Shown one piece after another: positions 12,450-24,400 of a DNA stretch of 64,000 nt (the first letter of the stretch is position 1; every line of letters begins with the position of its first letter). Location: assembly GCA_036172245.1 (NCBI GenBank), contig JAYWIR010000016.1, forward strand, positions 1,116,001 through 1,180,000. Reading direction: 5' to 3'. The translations under genes and the position numbers were made by a program. The notes beneath the pieces were generated by a model. The model worked only from the letters and a program-made list of their open reading frames with translations, had not been told where the DNA came from and ran no database searches. The stretch is from Raillietiella orientalis. Lineage: Eukaryota.

Positions 12450-14100
12450 TGTCATAGACATCTCAGAGAAATTCGAATAATGACTTCTAGATGAGAATTT
12501 TTATTGTGTTTATTTTTTTGTAGCGTATATTTATAACATTCAAAGCATTTATGATGCATTTATAGCATGCATCTGTTTGGATCATTGAGCCGAAATTCCA
12601 AATCTTTTCATAGGACATTTAAAACTCAAAAAACTTCAGTCTTCAGTGTGGTTACAGCAGTCCCTATATTTCAACTTCATTGTAATCCCTGGGACACCTA
12701 TTCCTTGAAGGGAGAGACGTCCCCATTTATTGCCCTAGAAACTTATTTTATTCCTTGCGATACTATCGTTGCCTAAATCTTCCGATCTAAATGACGAACC
12801 TTCGTGATGAATACGCAGGTTTTCTCTCATGTGGACCAGGAGGAACATTAGAAAGTTTTCGGATTTTCAGCCTCTACATAGCTGAAATCCCAAAATGAAT
12901 TAAGAAGGCCACATTGCATGAAAACATTGTTTGTCCATCATGCATCTATATTAAATTCTCACGGAAGGGAGTTTAGTAATTATCAATGGAATAGGGTTTT
13001 CAACTTTTGCTGAGTGTGGGATTTAAGGCATAAACGTAAAAATTTGAAAAGTTTTCATTCAAGCCTTTGGAACCTGACAACAATGAGGAATTCGCGCTGT
13101 TCACGAGGCTTGGAAATCCAAGATGGACGACGTTTTGGTCGGTTGGTTGAAATCTTTGGACATTTCTTCAGTAAAAGGTACAATTATTCATGGAATGATA
13201 ATTAACTGTGATGTTGAGAGCTCTTGTTTTAATTAGCGTGCAATGATCATACTGATGGTTAGTTGTAACTCATGTAACCATGCTTTGATTCGACTGCATC
13301 AAACAGTCTAAAAGTATTCAAAAATTATGCATGGATGATTTCTCCGGACGACCAAGTTGTTTTCCATTTATGAGAAATATCTTAGTTTTCCTGATTTTTT
13401 TTTCTTTTCTTTTCCGTAATCGGCTGTTGCCTGGATGCTGTAGGCTCGAAATCATTCTTGCACATTGGTTTTCTATGCCCATTGAGTTTGACACGATTTT
13501 AAATAAGCCATGTTACAAATAATGCAGTGTAGGCAACAAGCATTTGCCCGAACGAAAACATTGCAAGGAAGATTCTGTTCAGTATGAATCATCATATTTT
13601 AAGATGATTGGGATTCTCATGATTTTCGAGATGTTCTTGGCTGAGCGAATAGATGAGTGTTTTGCGACTCACGAGTCTGCATAAAGCTATTTTTCATTAC
13701 TTTTTTTTTTTTTTTTATCGTGTATCAAGGTTTGAGAGTTGTACTTGAATTCATAGCCTTCCAATAACATGGACTCCAGAAATTCTAAGATTCCGGACAC
13801 TTTATTGGCGCTCGTAGATGAATTCAATGAGCGCGCTTTTGAGGACCGGAAAGGAAATTCCTCATCTTCGAGGTGTTTTCTAAGGGAGGAAACGAAAATG
13901 TGGAAGGGATTTCTCAGACAGATTCGTTCAAACAGGAAGAGTTTGACGAGCAACCGTTCTTTTGTTTAAGTCGAAGGAAAAGTGTCTAGAAAGATGTGAT
14001 TCGAAGACGCACTTTTCCAGGGTTCCGGTGAAGTGTACTTGAATTACATGTTTCCTCAATCCCACTAGGGTGGGGTAATTTTATTTCTTTTGCATTCATT
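12450..14100 (+). pseudogene. Dynein heavy chain relic block: AAA6 and start of the C-terminal domain
   Basis: In order: FLSCGPGG (SISLGQGQ), K*IKKA, FHSSLWNLTT (HPDFRLWLTS), CRLEIILAHWFS (RRLLNTLLxxWFS), SRCFLREETKMWKGFLRQIRSNRKSL (LNTVLLQEIERFNRLLxxIRxSLxxL), CFLNP (GFFNP). Confidence 0.65.
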
Positions 14101-14169
14101 ACGCAAACTCACTCGTTCCACTTTGAACAAAGTTCATTATTATTTCCCATGGAAGTTCACTTCCGAAGG

Positions 14170-14544
14170 TCACTGCACTAAGGTGGGTTTGGGTGTGTTA
14201 GGACGTTGACCCCACTCCTTTTCAGGACATGTCGGTATGTCCATGATGGCACTCTTACCACAGTTCCGTATGCCGATCTCTCTTTGGATAATGCCTTTCA
14301 GGATTTCCATGGAAGATACGACCGTTCCACTGGTCCTCATCTTCCACCATCTGATTAGGATGGCCGTAGTAAACAGGGCAATGGTCGTCCTAACTATGGG
14401 ATTGTAACAAGGGACGGTTCCTTGAAACATCTTGGCCAGGACTTCCGTCGGCGAATAGTGCTGCAACCCTGTGACCCTTTCAGAGTCTGCCAGTCTTGAC
14501 GTAGTGTGGGGACGGTCAAGACATGTACAGCAGTGTACTTGCAT
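14170..14544 (-). mobile_element. Possible 3' end of an L1/Tx1-like ORF2
   Basis: ORF has a Cys/His remnant (HCCTCLDRPHT), then TTAILIRWWKMRT...ILKGIIQREI resembling the IWKxRN tail of non-LTR ORF2. Confidence 0.35.
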
Positions 14545-14949
14545 TACAACTCATGTTGTCGGAATAACAAGAAAATGAGATTGATTCCATTCACGGACTT
14601 CAATTCGTACCCAAGGATGCCGTAGTTTCCCAAAAAAGAGAAAAAAGTGGTTTGTCTCTGGAAAAAAAAAAATGCTAAAATACTCCATCAAAAATGAGAA
14701 ATTTCGATAATTTCTATGGAAATCATCGAAAGAAATGCGAGAGGCATTTTTTTCTTTTTCCTTTAAAGGCGAAACTTCTGGAAAGGTTTGTGCAATTTCC
14801 AGCGCTAGGGCTAAATTTGTGTAAAGCTTGAGCACCTCATGTCTTTAGGGCATTAAGAGAAGCTCGGCTAGGAGAAATCCATTTTCATAGTATGCTACAA
14901 ACACGTGGTAAGAATAGATAACCATAATTAGTGATCACATCAACTACCT

Positions 14950-17240
14950 TGATAGCGGATGTGGATTTCACCTTCCTTCCCAACTTGGGAGCGGCCCCCC
15001 CCCTTAACAGACGAGAATGAGCAAGCTCAAAGATCTGAAATGCCAACCTGCTGAAGAAAATGAGGAGAGCGCCTCCTCATTTTCTTCAGCTTCTCAAGCT
15101 ATGTGACTTCGGTAAAGCTTTGTGCGACAACGTCACCCATTCTTTTCCGAGAGGCTCGCTTCAATGGAGCAACTCTTCCCATACCCCCACTCCTTGTCCG
15201 CATCATTTACCCGTTTGAATTTCCATCCATTGTGTGCGTATGTTTCTTTTTTTTTCCCCTTTTTTTGTTTCAGTGTTTTCAGGGGAAATCAGGAATGTTT
15301 CAAAGTTCAGAAACGGAAAGTTTCATTAATGGAGTTTGTAGTTCAACAACGGAGTTTGTAGTTCTCCTGTTTATCCCCAGAGACTACCCTGTTTATCGTC
15401 GAAAGTTCGACTTTCTCTCTTGCCTTAATCTCCGAGAATTACGTGCTTCATTGATTTCTCCTTCATTCACTGCATGTCGTTTGATCCTCGAAAGTTTCTG
15501 CTTTCGGCCAAGTAATTTGAACGCATGCATCTGATGCAGATACGGATCTCTCTTGCCCGACAAATGTTTCACAAGTATTTACAAACAGTGCCCAGCGCTC
15601 GTTTGAAATTCAAATGAGCGAGCAAAGAAGAAGACATTGGAGGGTTTCCCGAACGTTTCCCAGCAGATTCTCACCGTGAACTTTCCTACCTTTCGAATCA
15701 TTTCCCTTTCGTTGATAGAACCCTGTGAACGGTACGATCCACAGAAGGCACGTCCCTCTTATCCAAGGAGACGTGCTTCCTGCTTCCAAACCGGGTCTCT
15801 TTCTCAGCAACAGAGCTAAATCTGAAGAGAAAGCATCTTTCCATCCACTTTTTCCGCGTGCATTCCGAATTTGCTACTCCTTTCGAAGTAAACAGATACT
15901 TTTATGTAGAGGAGACTTAAAATGCTTTCGAGTGAGGAGTGAACATCCTTGGAGCTGTGCTTTTCGGTGGTGAGGAAAGCATTCTCCAATTTTCGAGTGA
16001 ACTCTTCACTCTTGGTACCAACTTAAGCAAATAGCTATTTGCTTCATTGGAATTTCCTCGAAATCAGCTCCACTCTGTAATGCCCTCTCAAGACACGATG
16101 GGCTCGCACCTTTTCGCCTCTTTCAGATGAGACGTACTCTCTGAAGGCTCTTCATTGCTTTTCCGGACTTCCTGACAACGGCAACCGGAAATTTTGCTTG
16201 ACTCTCTAAAGAAAACGGAAATGCTTCTTTATCTTCTGTCATGTTGCCCTCTTCTTTGCACTCTCGTCAAACACGGAAGTTTCTGTTTTATTTGGGGGTT
16301 GAGAATGATATCCATCGATTTGCTCCAGAAAAACGAGATTTTTGTCTTGCTTTATCGTTCGAAAGACTCCATTCTTCGATTTGGTTTGGGGAGAACATTG
16401 TTTTGAGGTGCTAGACAAGTCTGCTGTCAACTGTTTTCAGATGCCTGCAAATACATACTGGCCACTCAAATAGAAATAACCCCTTTTACATCTAAGACAT
16501 TGATTCAACCGGAGAGACCGCAAGGATTCTTGCAGATTCATTCATCATGACTATTCCTTCCGAAGATTCGAGCTAGTGCCTCGGTCCCACTTTACAGAAA
16601 AATCGAATGCATGTCACGTTGTAATGCGTACTCCCACTCCAATGATTCGCTTTGCAGAGTGACTCTTGGAGGTCACTTCTCTCCTCTAATATCATCCTCA
16701 TCAGCGTTACAGATTTGTGCACTATTCTTCACGAATTAAGTGAATAAAAAGATTGCAACCAGCTTTTCTGATCAGTTCATCGCTCTCTGCAGCCTTGTGT
16801 TTCCCTGACTCATTACGGATCAAAGAAAAGCCGTGATCCTCTAGTTCTACCAGACGAGAGTTCAGGTGTAACGTGCCTTTCGAAGTTGAGAAGGATTATG
16901 TGCAGGAACGCATGACAATTTTTCTCAACTGCTGCTTGGCAACTGACCACAAAGTCCTCGAACCACCACGCAGCGGTCTCTGGTTTCTCTTGTTTTCTTT
17001 TCTGGCATCGAGCACCGATGAAGCTGAGGCGACAGCGTCAGGAGCATCTGTAGACGAGCTCGCGAAACTTTTATGGCTCGGATTAACGTTCATTCCTTTA
17101 TTCATCTTCTGAAACCGAATCCTCGTGTTCTCCTCGGCTGTCTCTCGTTTTTTCCCCCTTTCTTTCTGCTATCGCATTAAAGATTCAAGAACCGCATTGC
17201 AGCGCCACATCTCATGTCAAAGAACTGATCGTTGTTGGCA
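14950..17240 (+). pseudogene. Dynein heavy chain relic block: AAA5 and post-AAA5 helices
   Basis: PPLTDENEQAQR (WPLxIDPQGQA), CDFGKAL (IRFGKPL), GATLPIPPLLVRI (GEELDPxLEPLLLKQ), FPNVSQQILTVNF (YPPEVSAKVTLINF), GLWFLLFSF (SLxWFxxLF), FLSAIALKIQ (FSFLLALKIQ). Confidence 0.6.
15050..15090. repeat. Perfect 18-bp inverted repeat with 5-nt loop
   Basis: gctgaagaaaatgaggag-agcgc-ctcctcattttcttcagc. Confidence 0.95.
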
Positions 17241-17266
17241 ATTCTAAACCGTGCTCTGCAGTGACA

Positions 17267-17300
17267 CTTTCGAGCGATGCACTACAGCATCGCTTGAAAG
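17267..17300. repeat. 14-bp inverted repeat (one G-T pair) with 6-nt loop
   Basis: ctttcgagcgatgc-actaca-gcatcgcttgaaag. Confidence 0.9.
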
Positions 17301-17776
17301 ATCCCATATTATTTCATGAAATCTTTATAAGATGAGGTGTCTTACCCTGCAGTTTGAATACCCTACTAACTTTGTCACCTCATAAGCTATTGTCAAAGAT
17401 TCTTATCGCTTCCAATCTTCCTATAATTTTCAAACATTCTACAGCATCTGTGCCTGTTGGTATCCAATATCCCTCTTGCTCACACTCAAAATCAGGATTG
17501 GCAAGTTCTTCCTCCCAGGTGATGCTTAACTTTTTTCTTTTATTTCTTGTTTCACAACATTATGTATTTTGTTTCTGTTTCGCTTATTATTCGCACTCTG
17601 TGCAATGCTGCCAAATTTATAATCTGTCCTGATAACCATTTATCCGTGGTCTTCCAATTCAACTACCAAAAGCACTTTGTTGTTATCATTTTAGACGATG
17701 GAATGTTGGCTGGTTCGAATGTTGCTTCCTGTCATTTTTCCTTCTGCCTTTCTTTTCCTGGATCTGCTCTCCGTAG

Positions 17777-18430
17777 GAGCGCATCCTGAACCCATGAACG
17801 GAAGGAATCACGAACTGCCATCCGTTATGGATCATGAGTTTGATCCGCTCTTCTCTTCTCGCCGTCGACTGCTTCCGTATTGCACAGAGAGCGCGGCTGC
17901 TCTGTCGAAAGAGAGTGGCTCATTGCTTGGGTTCTTCTACTTTTCTTTGAGCACCGAACCACGAGGTTCTCTTTCATCCTCAAGGCTGGAAAGGGCTAAA
18001 GAGCTACTACTATGGATCATGAAGACACTGATGAGGGCCATTAGGGTTTTGTCACACTGTGGAGCTTTCAAGAGATTTTCAGGCATGAAAGCACTATTGG
18101 AAGAACCTTTATCGGCTTCAAGGAAGCAGTTAGAGGAAAAGGTTGCAAGGAAGGGCAGAGTCTAAGACTGGCGCTTGCATTTTACACGTGACGAAATCGA
18201 ACGCTTCTTGAACGCTGCTCATCGCGAACACACGACTGTGATATCTGTTAACAACAGCCAATATGATGCACACATCATCAAGGCGTACTTCTCCACATTC
18301 TGTACCCGTTAGTGGCCAGATTGTGTGAGATGTGACTGTGAATTGAATATTTTATAATGGTTTGTGAAATCTGAAGCTGCGCGACACGTGCAGACACGCT
18401 ATTTGAGATACGAAGAAATTGGGAAATTGC
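17777..18430 (+). pseudogene. Dynein heavy chain relic block: stalk MTBD and CC2
   Basis: YCTESAAALSKESGSL (YWxxSKKLLSDxxFL), AKELLLWIMK (AKGLCLWVxA), EEPLSASRKQLEEKVA (EAELxEAxxKLxEKQA), YDAHIIKAYFSTF (GDxLLxxAFxAYLGPF). Confidence 0.55.
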
Positions 18431-18441
18431 CTTTCTTCCAG

Positions 18442-21400
18442 ATTTCCAGTCCATTCCAACAGAGTTTGCGAGTGGTTATCTGTATGCTGAGGTCCTTAGG
18501 CGCTGCAGCGTGCTCACGGAACGTGAATTTAGCGAATTCAAAAAGGACAGGTAGCGCCTGCATCCTTGCATGAACAAATCACGATTTTCGTTTCAGAAAT
18601 CTGAATTCCTGTCTGTTCAATTTCGATAAGTTGCAAGGTTACCTGCGAAAAATGGGGATTACTCTGGAGCCTGCTTTCATTTCGGATATTGTCAAGGTGA
18701 AATTTTACCCGATAAGGATCGATGTGTATGCGCGTTTTAACGTGGGAAGGGCCACAGATCTCTTGAGGTCCAGAATATACAGCCAAACAGCGGTCGCTCT
18801 GGGTTCCGAGGCGAGAAGAGGCTCACTGGTGCTTTCCGCGTTGCCCTTGTCAGCCGATCGTGACTCCAGTCAGCAGTCCAGCTTACTGTTTCCGGTGGAG
18901 GATTTTCTTATAGGTCTCTATGAATTCAATGAATCTTGCGCTTTGGAGGCAGTGAAATCCAGATGCACAGAGCACTGTTCAGTCTCTCCTTTTCAATCGT
19001 ATGGAACTCAATGATCGATTCTTTCGAGAATTAGCGAGTTTGCTACTGAGGAACCAATGAAATTCCGCATTTCCTCCACTCACAACATCAACCGTCTAGT
19101 TTTCAACTAGCAATAATCGCGCCTCCCTTAAGTTCAGCGGCGGCGATACTGCCCGTGAGCAACTCACAAAATCAACCGTCTAGAGTAAGGTTTAGAGATC
19201 CACTGCTTCCGTGTGATGCCGCCTTCTTTGAAATTCGGTTCCACGGCCCTTCTCTAAGATTGTCAGCCTTTTTCAGAATCCCCTCAAAAGCACGTTCCTC
19301 CACTTTTTTGCTGCGGAAATTCGCAGTCGTCTCCCAGGTTCTGGGTGCTAAGAGAAGGTTTGCTTTGACAGCCTATTGGGTGTTAGGTGCCCTAATAAGC
19401 TATGCCACGAAGTTCAGAACGCTGCTGCCCTTCCTCTCGTTCATTGAATCTTTGAAATCATCTCAATAGAGCCCATCATGCGCTCAATGAGACATAATTA
19501 TGGGGGACGACGTGACACTAGCTTACGCCGACGACATCGTCATACTGGGACGCACCTGTATGACCTATATGCTCTAGCACAGCTGTCGTACCCTTTCGCT
19601 TTGACTCCCTGAGCCAACTGCTGACTTTTCTTATGGACAACGGCCAGGAAGCTGCTTGGAAATCCCTCTCAATATTTGTGCACATTTTACACACACAGTC
19701 TTTAGTCACCTTGATGCTTTCAACGTGGCGATTTTCATCACAAAGAATGTTTTGGTTCACGGTCATTAATGTGGAATCTAAACGTGGAGGAAGGAGGGAG
19801 AATGTCTTCAGACGGAGATGGAAATCTCGTTCTCTCCCAGATCCGTGAAAATTCCGTGACAGTTCATGTTCTGAATACAAAGTTCGGGGTCAGAGGAAGC
19901 GCAGGTCTTCAGATTGCGTCCCGGGATGCACAACCGCCCACCAGTTTTTGTTTACGTTCCTCTTTTCGGTGAAGAATTCTAAAACGCATCAGGAATGCTT
20001 CGAGGATTTTCGAATTTCAACGCTGCAGCAGCGACGACAACTTGCTGTTCATGGACGAGGCTAGCAGAAATCCCTTAGACTGCAAAAAGGCCTCAAGAAT
20101 TCAAGCATGCTCCATGCCCAGTTATGATCAGACCAGTTATGACGAAGCTCATTAGCTCCTTTTGAGGACGCTTTATCGAACGCAGCGAACCCCAATGAGA
20201 TGAATAGGAAAAAGCACGCACTTACAATTGTGGTTTATGACATGCTTCGCTTCGGAGGAAATCTCCCAGCGGACTCCGTCGTGCTGAAGAAATCCGAATC
20301 TCTCGCACAAGCTTAAACTCGTGAAAGCGTGGTCGCGTTGTCCATTTCTTGCATTCGGACTCACTGCTCTGAAACAGAGTCGAGACGACATGTCGTTTTC
20401 CTTTTAGGGATGCTGTTTACTGTGACAGCGGATTTTCACAAGAGGGATTTATTGCCAGTCTTACGATCTTTTTCACATCTTTCTAAGCACCTACACGTAC
20501 CCAAGCAGCCAGCTATGTCGTATAAAGATGCAGACCATCGCTGATTTCGGAAGACATCTTTTAACGGATGGACACGCAGAACATTTGTAAGGTTCTAGCG
20601 TGTCATGAGTGGCATCAGGAGAACCGAGTCCTTGTTGAGAGTTCAAGCAATCAGAAAATTCCTCGAGAACTTACTGGCTTCACTTTTAATGGAACGAGTG
20701 AGAAAAGGAGTGATGCCAGATTTCTAATGACTCCAACTCGTAGCTGGAAAGACCAACAAACAAAAAGCCGGACTGAATCAAAAAGAATGGAAATTCGATT
20801 CGTTAAGTCTTTGATTTTTCGAGAGCATCCCGAAAACAAACAAAAACGCACTGTAATAAAGATTTGGGGTGGTGGTGGAAACACATGAAATTGTGTTCGT
20901 ATCTCCGAACACTTAGGAGGTTCGAAAGGCCGCTGGGCTCCATGGAACAAGGGAAAAGTGTGCCAAGTGCCACAAAGGTGCCTCGGAACCATGTGCGTTA
21001 TGTGCATGGTTCTATGGGGCAAGAGTTCGCCGAGAACAACGTACCCTGGTCCGTAGGTTGCTCCCATGCCACAGTGTGCGAGCGCAGCGATAAGTGGCAG
21101 TCTCATGGCTATTTTTTCTCCTACCAGCGTTTCTCTCACGCGTTGTGTTTTCCAGGAAAGGCCCGGCAAGGCACATTTGCTGCTCTACGAGATGTACGTT
21201 GCGGTGTCAGACAAGAAAATGAAGTTTGGGAGCCGTGAGCAGCGAGTTCCGGAAGACGAAAAAAGGGCTGAATGTTTGTCAGATATCAAAAAGGTGCAAC
21301 CTATTTCTTCCTCCTGGCTTTCTCCCCCGTTAGCACTGTTGCCGCCTTTGCTCATCTGTTCCCTATAAGTCTGTAGCTGAGCTGAATTCCCGATCGGTTT

Positions 21401-24400
21401 TCTGCAACTCATAGAACTGGATTTCCCTTAGTTAATCGCTTACGACGCCTATCTTTTAGTACTCGGAAAAGAGAGATAGAGAGAGAGGACTTAATCGCCG
21501 AATCGACTGAAGCCATCGATCGTGTCTAAACTGTCTCTTCGGCACCTTTAGCTCAAACACTACTGGCACCCACCCTCTGGTCCGTTACCTTATTTGCGTA
21601 AAAGCGTTTTTCTTCAAGCCAGACACAAGGAAGAATGCGTTTCTCGATCTTACGCGTTCTCCAAAAGCACTTAATCCGACTCCTTGCGAACGAGCGGCGG
21701 GGAGTTCTTTATCCGTATTCAAGGAAGTCCGTGGAGGCGTAGGAGTTACTGCGCTCAAACTTCACTGGACAATCATGGGTGCCCTGGTTTCAAACGCTCC
21801 TTTATCTGGAGTGGAGCTCTTGGCTGACGCCATCCTGTTCGTTGAAACCCCTCTGAAGAACGCAAGAACCCTTCGCACAGAATAATAGGACGACCTGAAC
21901 AGTTACTCGAAGTTCCCCTTTTTGAATCCAGCCCAGGATACTGCTGGTGACGAATCTCTTCACCCAATCATGTAGTTGATTTCTCGACGTCGTTTGTGAT
22001 TCTGAGCAGCTGGACGCCAGCTCATGCCCAGAATTGTTCGGATGATCTCACTCCCATCCACTGAATTTCGCTCTGGAGGCTGCTTCCTGGTTTCCAGCTC
22101 CTGAACTTCTCCTGCAGGCACTACGACCGGAACCCATGGTCCGGATGGGAATCCGAATCTGCTTGTGCCTCTCTGAAGGAAGGGAAAGTTGGACCACTTC
22201 GTGGATCGTTTTCGAACGTGGTTGGAAAGAGCGACGCTGTGCGCGCGCGGTCTTCACTTGCATCGTCGGAGCACGGTCGAATCAAAGCCATCAAGGGAAG
22301 AGGGAAAGGGGAGGAATAATGTGCATCTCATGGTGTTTATCGGAGATTGTTCCCCTCCTCGCAGAAGGCACGGTGGCAGGAATCAATCGGTCCCACTACC
22401 AGAAACATCGTGGTTGCACCAAACTTCGAAATTACGGGCTTTTTCAGGTAATCGCTACGACCGAGGGAAAGTGGAGGTTGGGAAAACCTAGCACTCGTCT
22501 TGCCATTCACCTGTCAACATTGCAAAGAAACGTAGGCGGAACCGACGGCGAAAACGAGTGCTTGGAGACGGAGGAAAAGCTCCATGTCGCGTTCCCGTCG
22601 GACGATTCACTTTGTAATCGTTTGAGGGGGAAGGAGTGATCAAAAATAAAATAAAATAAAATAAATAAACAATAATTCTGGCACTTTTCCAGTTCGCAGA
22701 AGCTCCTTCCTTCGTTCCATTGGAGGAAATATCTCTGTATCGGAATATTAGGGAGCACGAACTTTGTGAGGAGTGGCTGGAGAGCAGACGGATCAAATCA
22801 GCGAAGAGGGAAGAGAAAATCAGAGCCAACCAGCTGAAACTGCTAGGAGAGTTGAGGTAAGGCTCAGTCAGCGACCTCACTCTCACAAGACCTGTCGATG
22901 ATCTCACCAATGTCTAGACTCGGCCAGTCTGCAGGACCCTCCGGAATATCAGAATGCATGAAGCAGGAAGTGAAACCCAGGAAGCTTCCTTCGCTAGAGA
23001 GGAAGGATTTAAAAGGTCAGGAAGACAAAGTGGCATCTGACATTCAGGCTTTCGAGTCCTCGATGGTCGGCAGACAAGAAACGACGGACTCGGCCATCGA
23101 AAGGGTACGCAGAGACGCATCCTTGAGAGCTGAAGCGGCAGCTTTCTCTTACAGACAGCATCTTGGGAGCCCACGTTAGAATCTTATTGGAAACTGGCCA
23201 GCTTTCGAGTCTTTTACAGAATGTCCTTGCGCAAGAAAAGAGAGGCGAATCGCCAGAGGGCACTGATGTCGCGGGATAGGGAACACGAAAAGAAAAAGGT
23301 ACTTTCTTCTCATTTCACATTCCCCATAGATCATGGGATCAAAGAACCACTGTTTCCTGAGCCCTCTCCCGCTACGCTTCATCCCTTATACGGAAGAGAG
23401 AGAGAGCTGCTCGAAGACATCTTCGAAAAATGACTACTGGCAGCATTCCTTCATCCAGTGGCTGACGCCGCACGCGACGTCAGCCACTGGATGAAGGAAT
23501 GCACGGATTGCACGGGACGGATTTATAACATCCCCAATAGGGAATCTCAGGCATGATCGTAGTAATAGTAGTAGTGAGAAAGTTTGCGCGAAGCTTTCAG
23601 CGAAATCTCCGTACATTTCTTGAAGCGTCATGAATCAGCCTACGCTGCTAGGGAATGAAGCACTGTGCTGAAGGCCTATCCTCGTGACTCCTCTCGCGTC
23701 AGGAAAGATCTGCATAAACGTGCTGCCTACACATCGAGGACCTGCGACTGTGGAGAGAAGAGAAACTGTGGACGCAGCTACAGCTCCGATGCACGGAGTC
23801 GAATGCTCCGATGTCGGATCGGTCGGGCTGGAGGTCCCAATGCACCGAGATTTGCTTTTATCGTTGCTTCCAAACTGGTGCACCGTTGCACGCGGCCTCC
23901 ACCCAATGCTTCAGGAGCCATCACTGAAGAATTCGTACCGCACATTCTATACAGCCTCTGTCTTTCCATTACGCCTGAACAATCTTGGTTGTCGCAAGTG
24001 CATTGCGGTGGAAAAGAGCCATTGGAAAGTTGCACATGCTTCGGATAGAAGGGGAGCAAGGAGACCTTCCCAGGGAGCAAAAAGACCGAGTCTTTGAGTC
24101 TTCCGTCAAGAAAAAACAGCACCAGAAAAAAAGAGAAAAGACATGAGGAGATCTCCGCCTTGGCTGCTGAATTCAGGACGACCGAAATCGCAATCCTTAA
24201 TAAACTCTATCCACAGAAATGACATGCAGAGAGGTACGGAGCAAAGGATGATGCGACAGCACTTACCGTGAGGTTTACCTCCTCGAGAAGAAAGAACAAG
24301 GTCAGAACAAAGAAAAAAAATGCATCTGGATCAGATTGACTCGGAATGATTGCGAAAAGAACAGAGAGAAACTATCCCAGGAAGAGGGTTCAATCCCCTT

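Noticed and set aside
15613..17740. Candidate SPEF2 start exons (MSEQRRRHWRVSRT at 15613; MECWLVRML at 17698)
   Set aside because: No convincing phase-1 donor or homology; the start is left unresolved.
20408..20495. Initially read as a SPEF2 CH-domain exon
   Set aside because: 18597-18696 fits SPEF2 much better and splices in phase; this segment fits dynein AAA4 (KNLHV).
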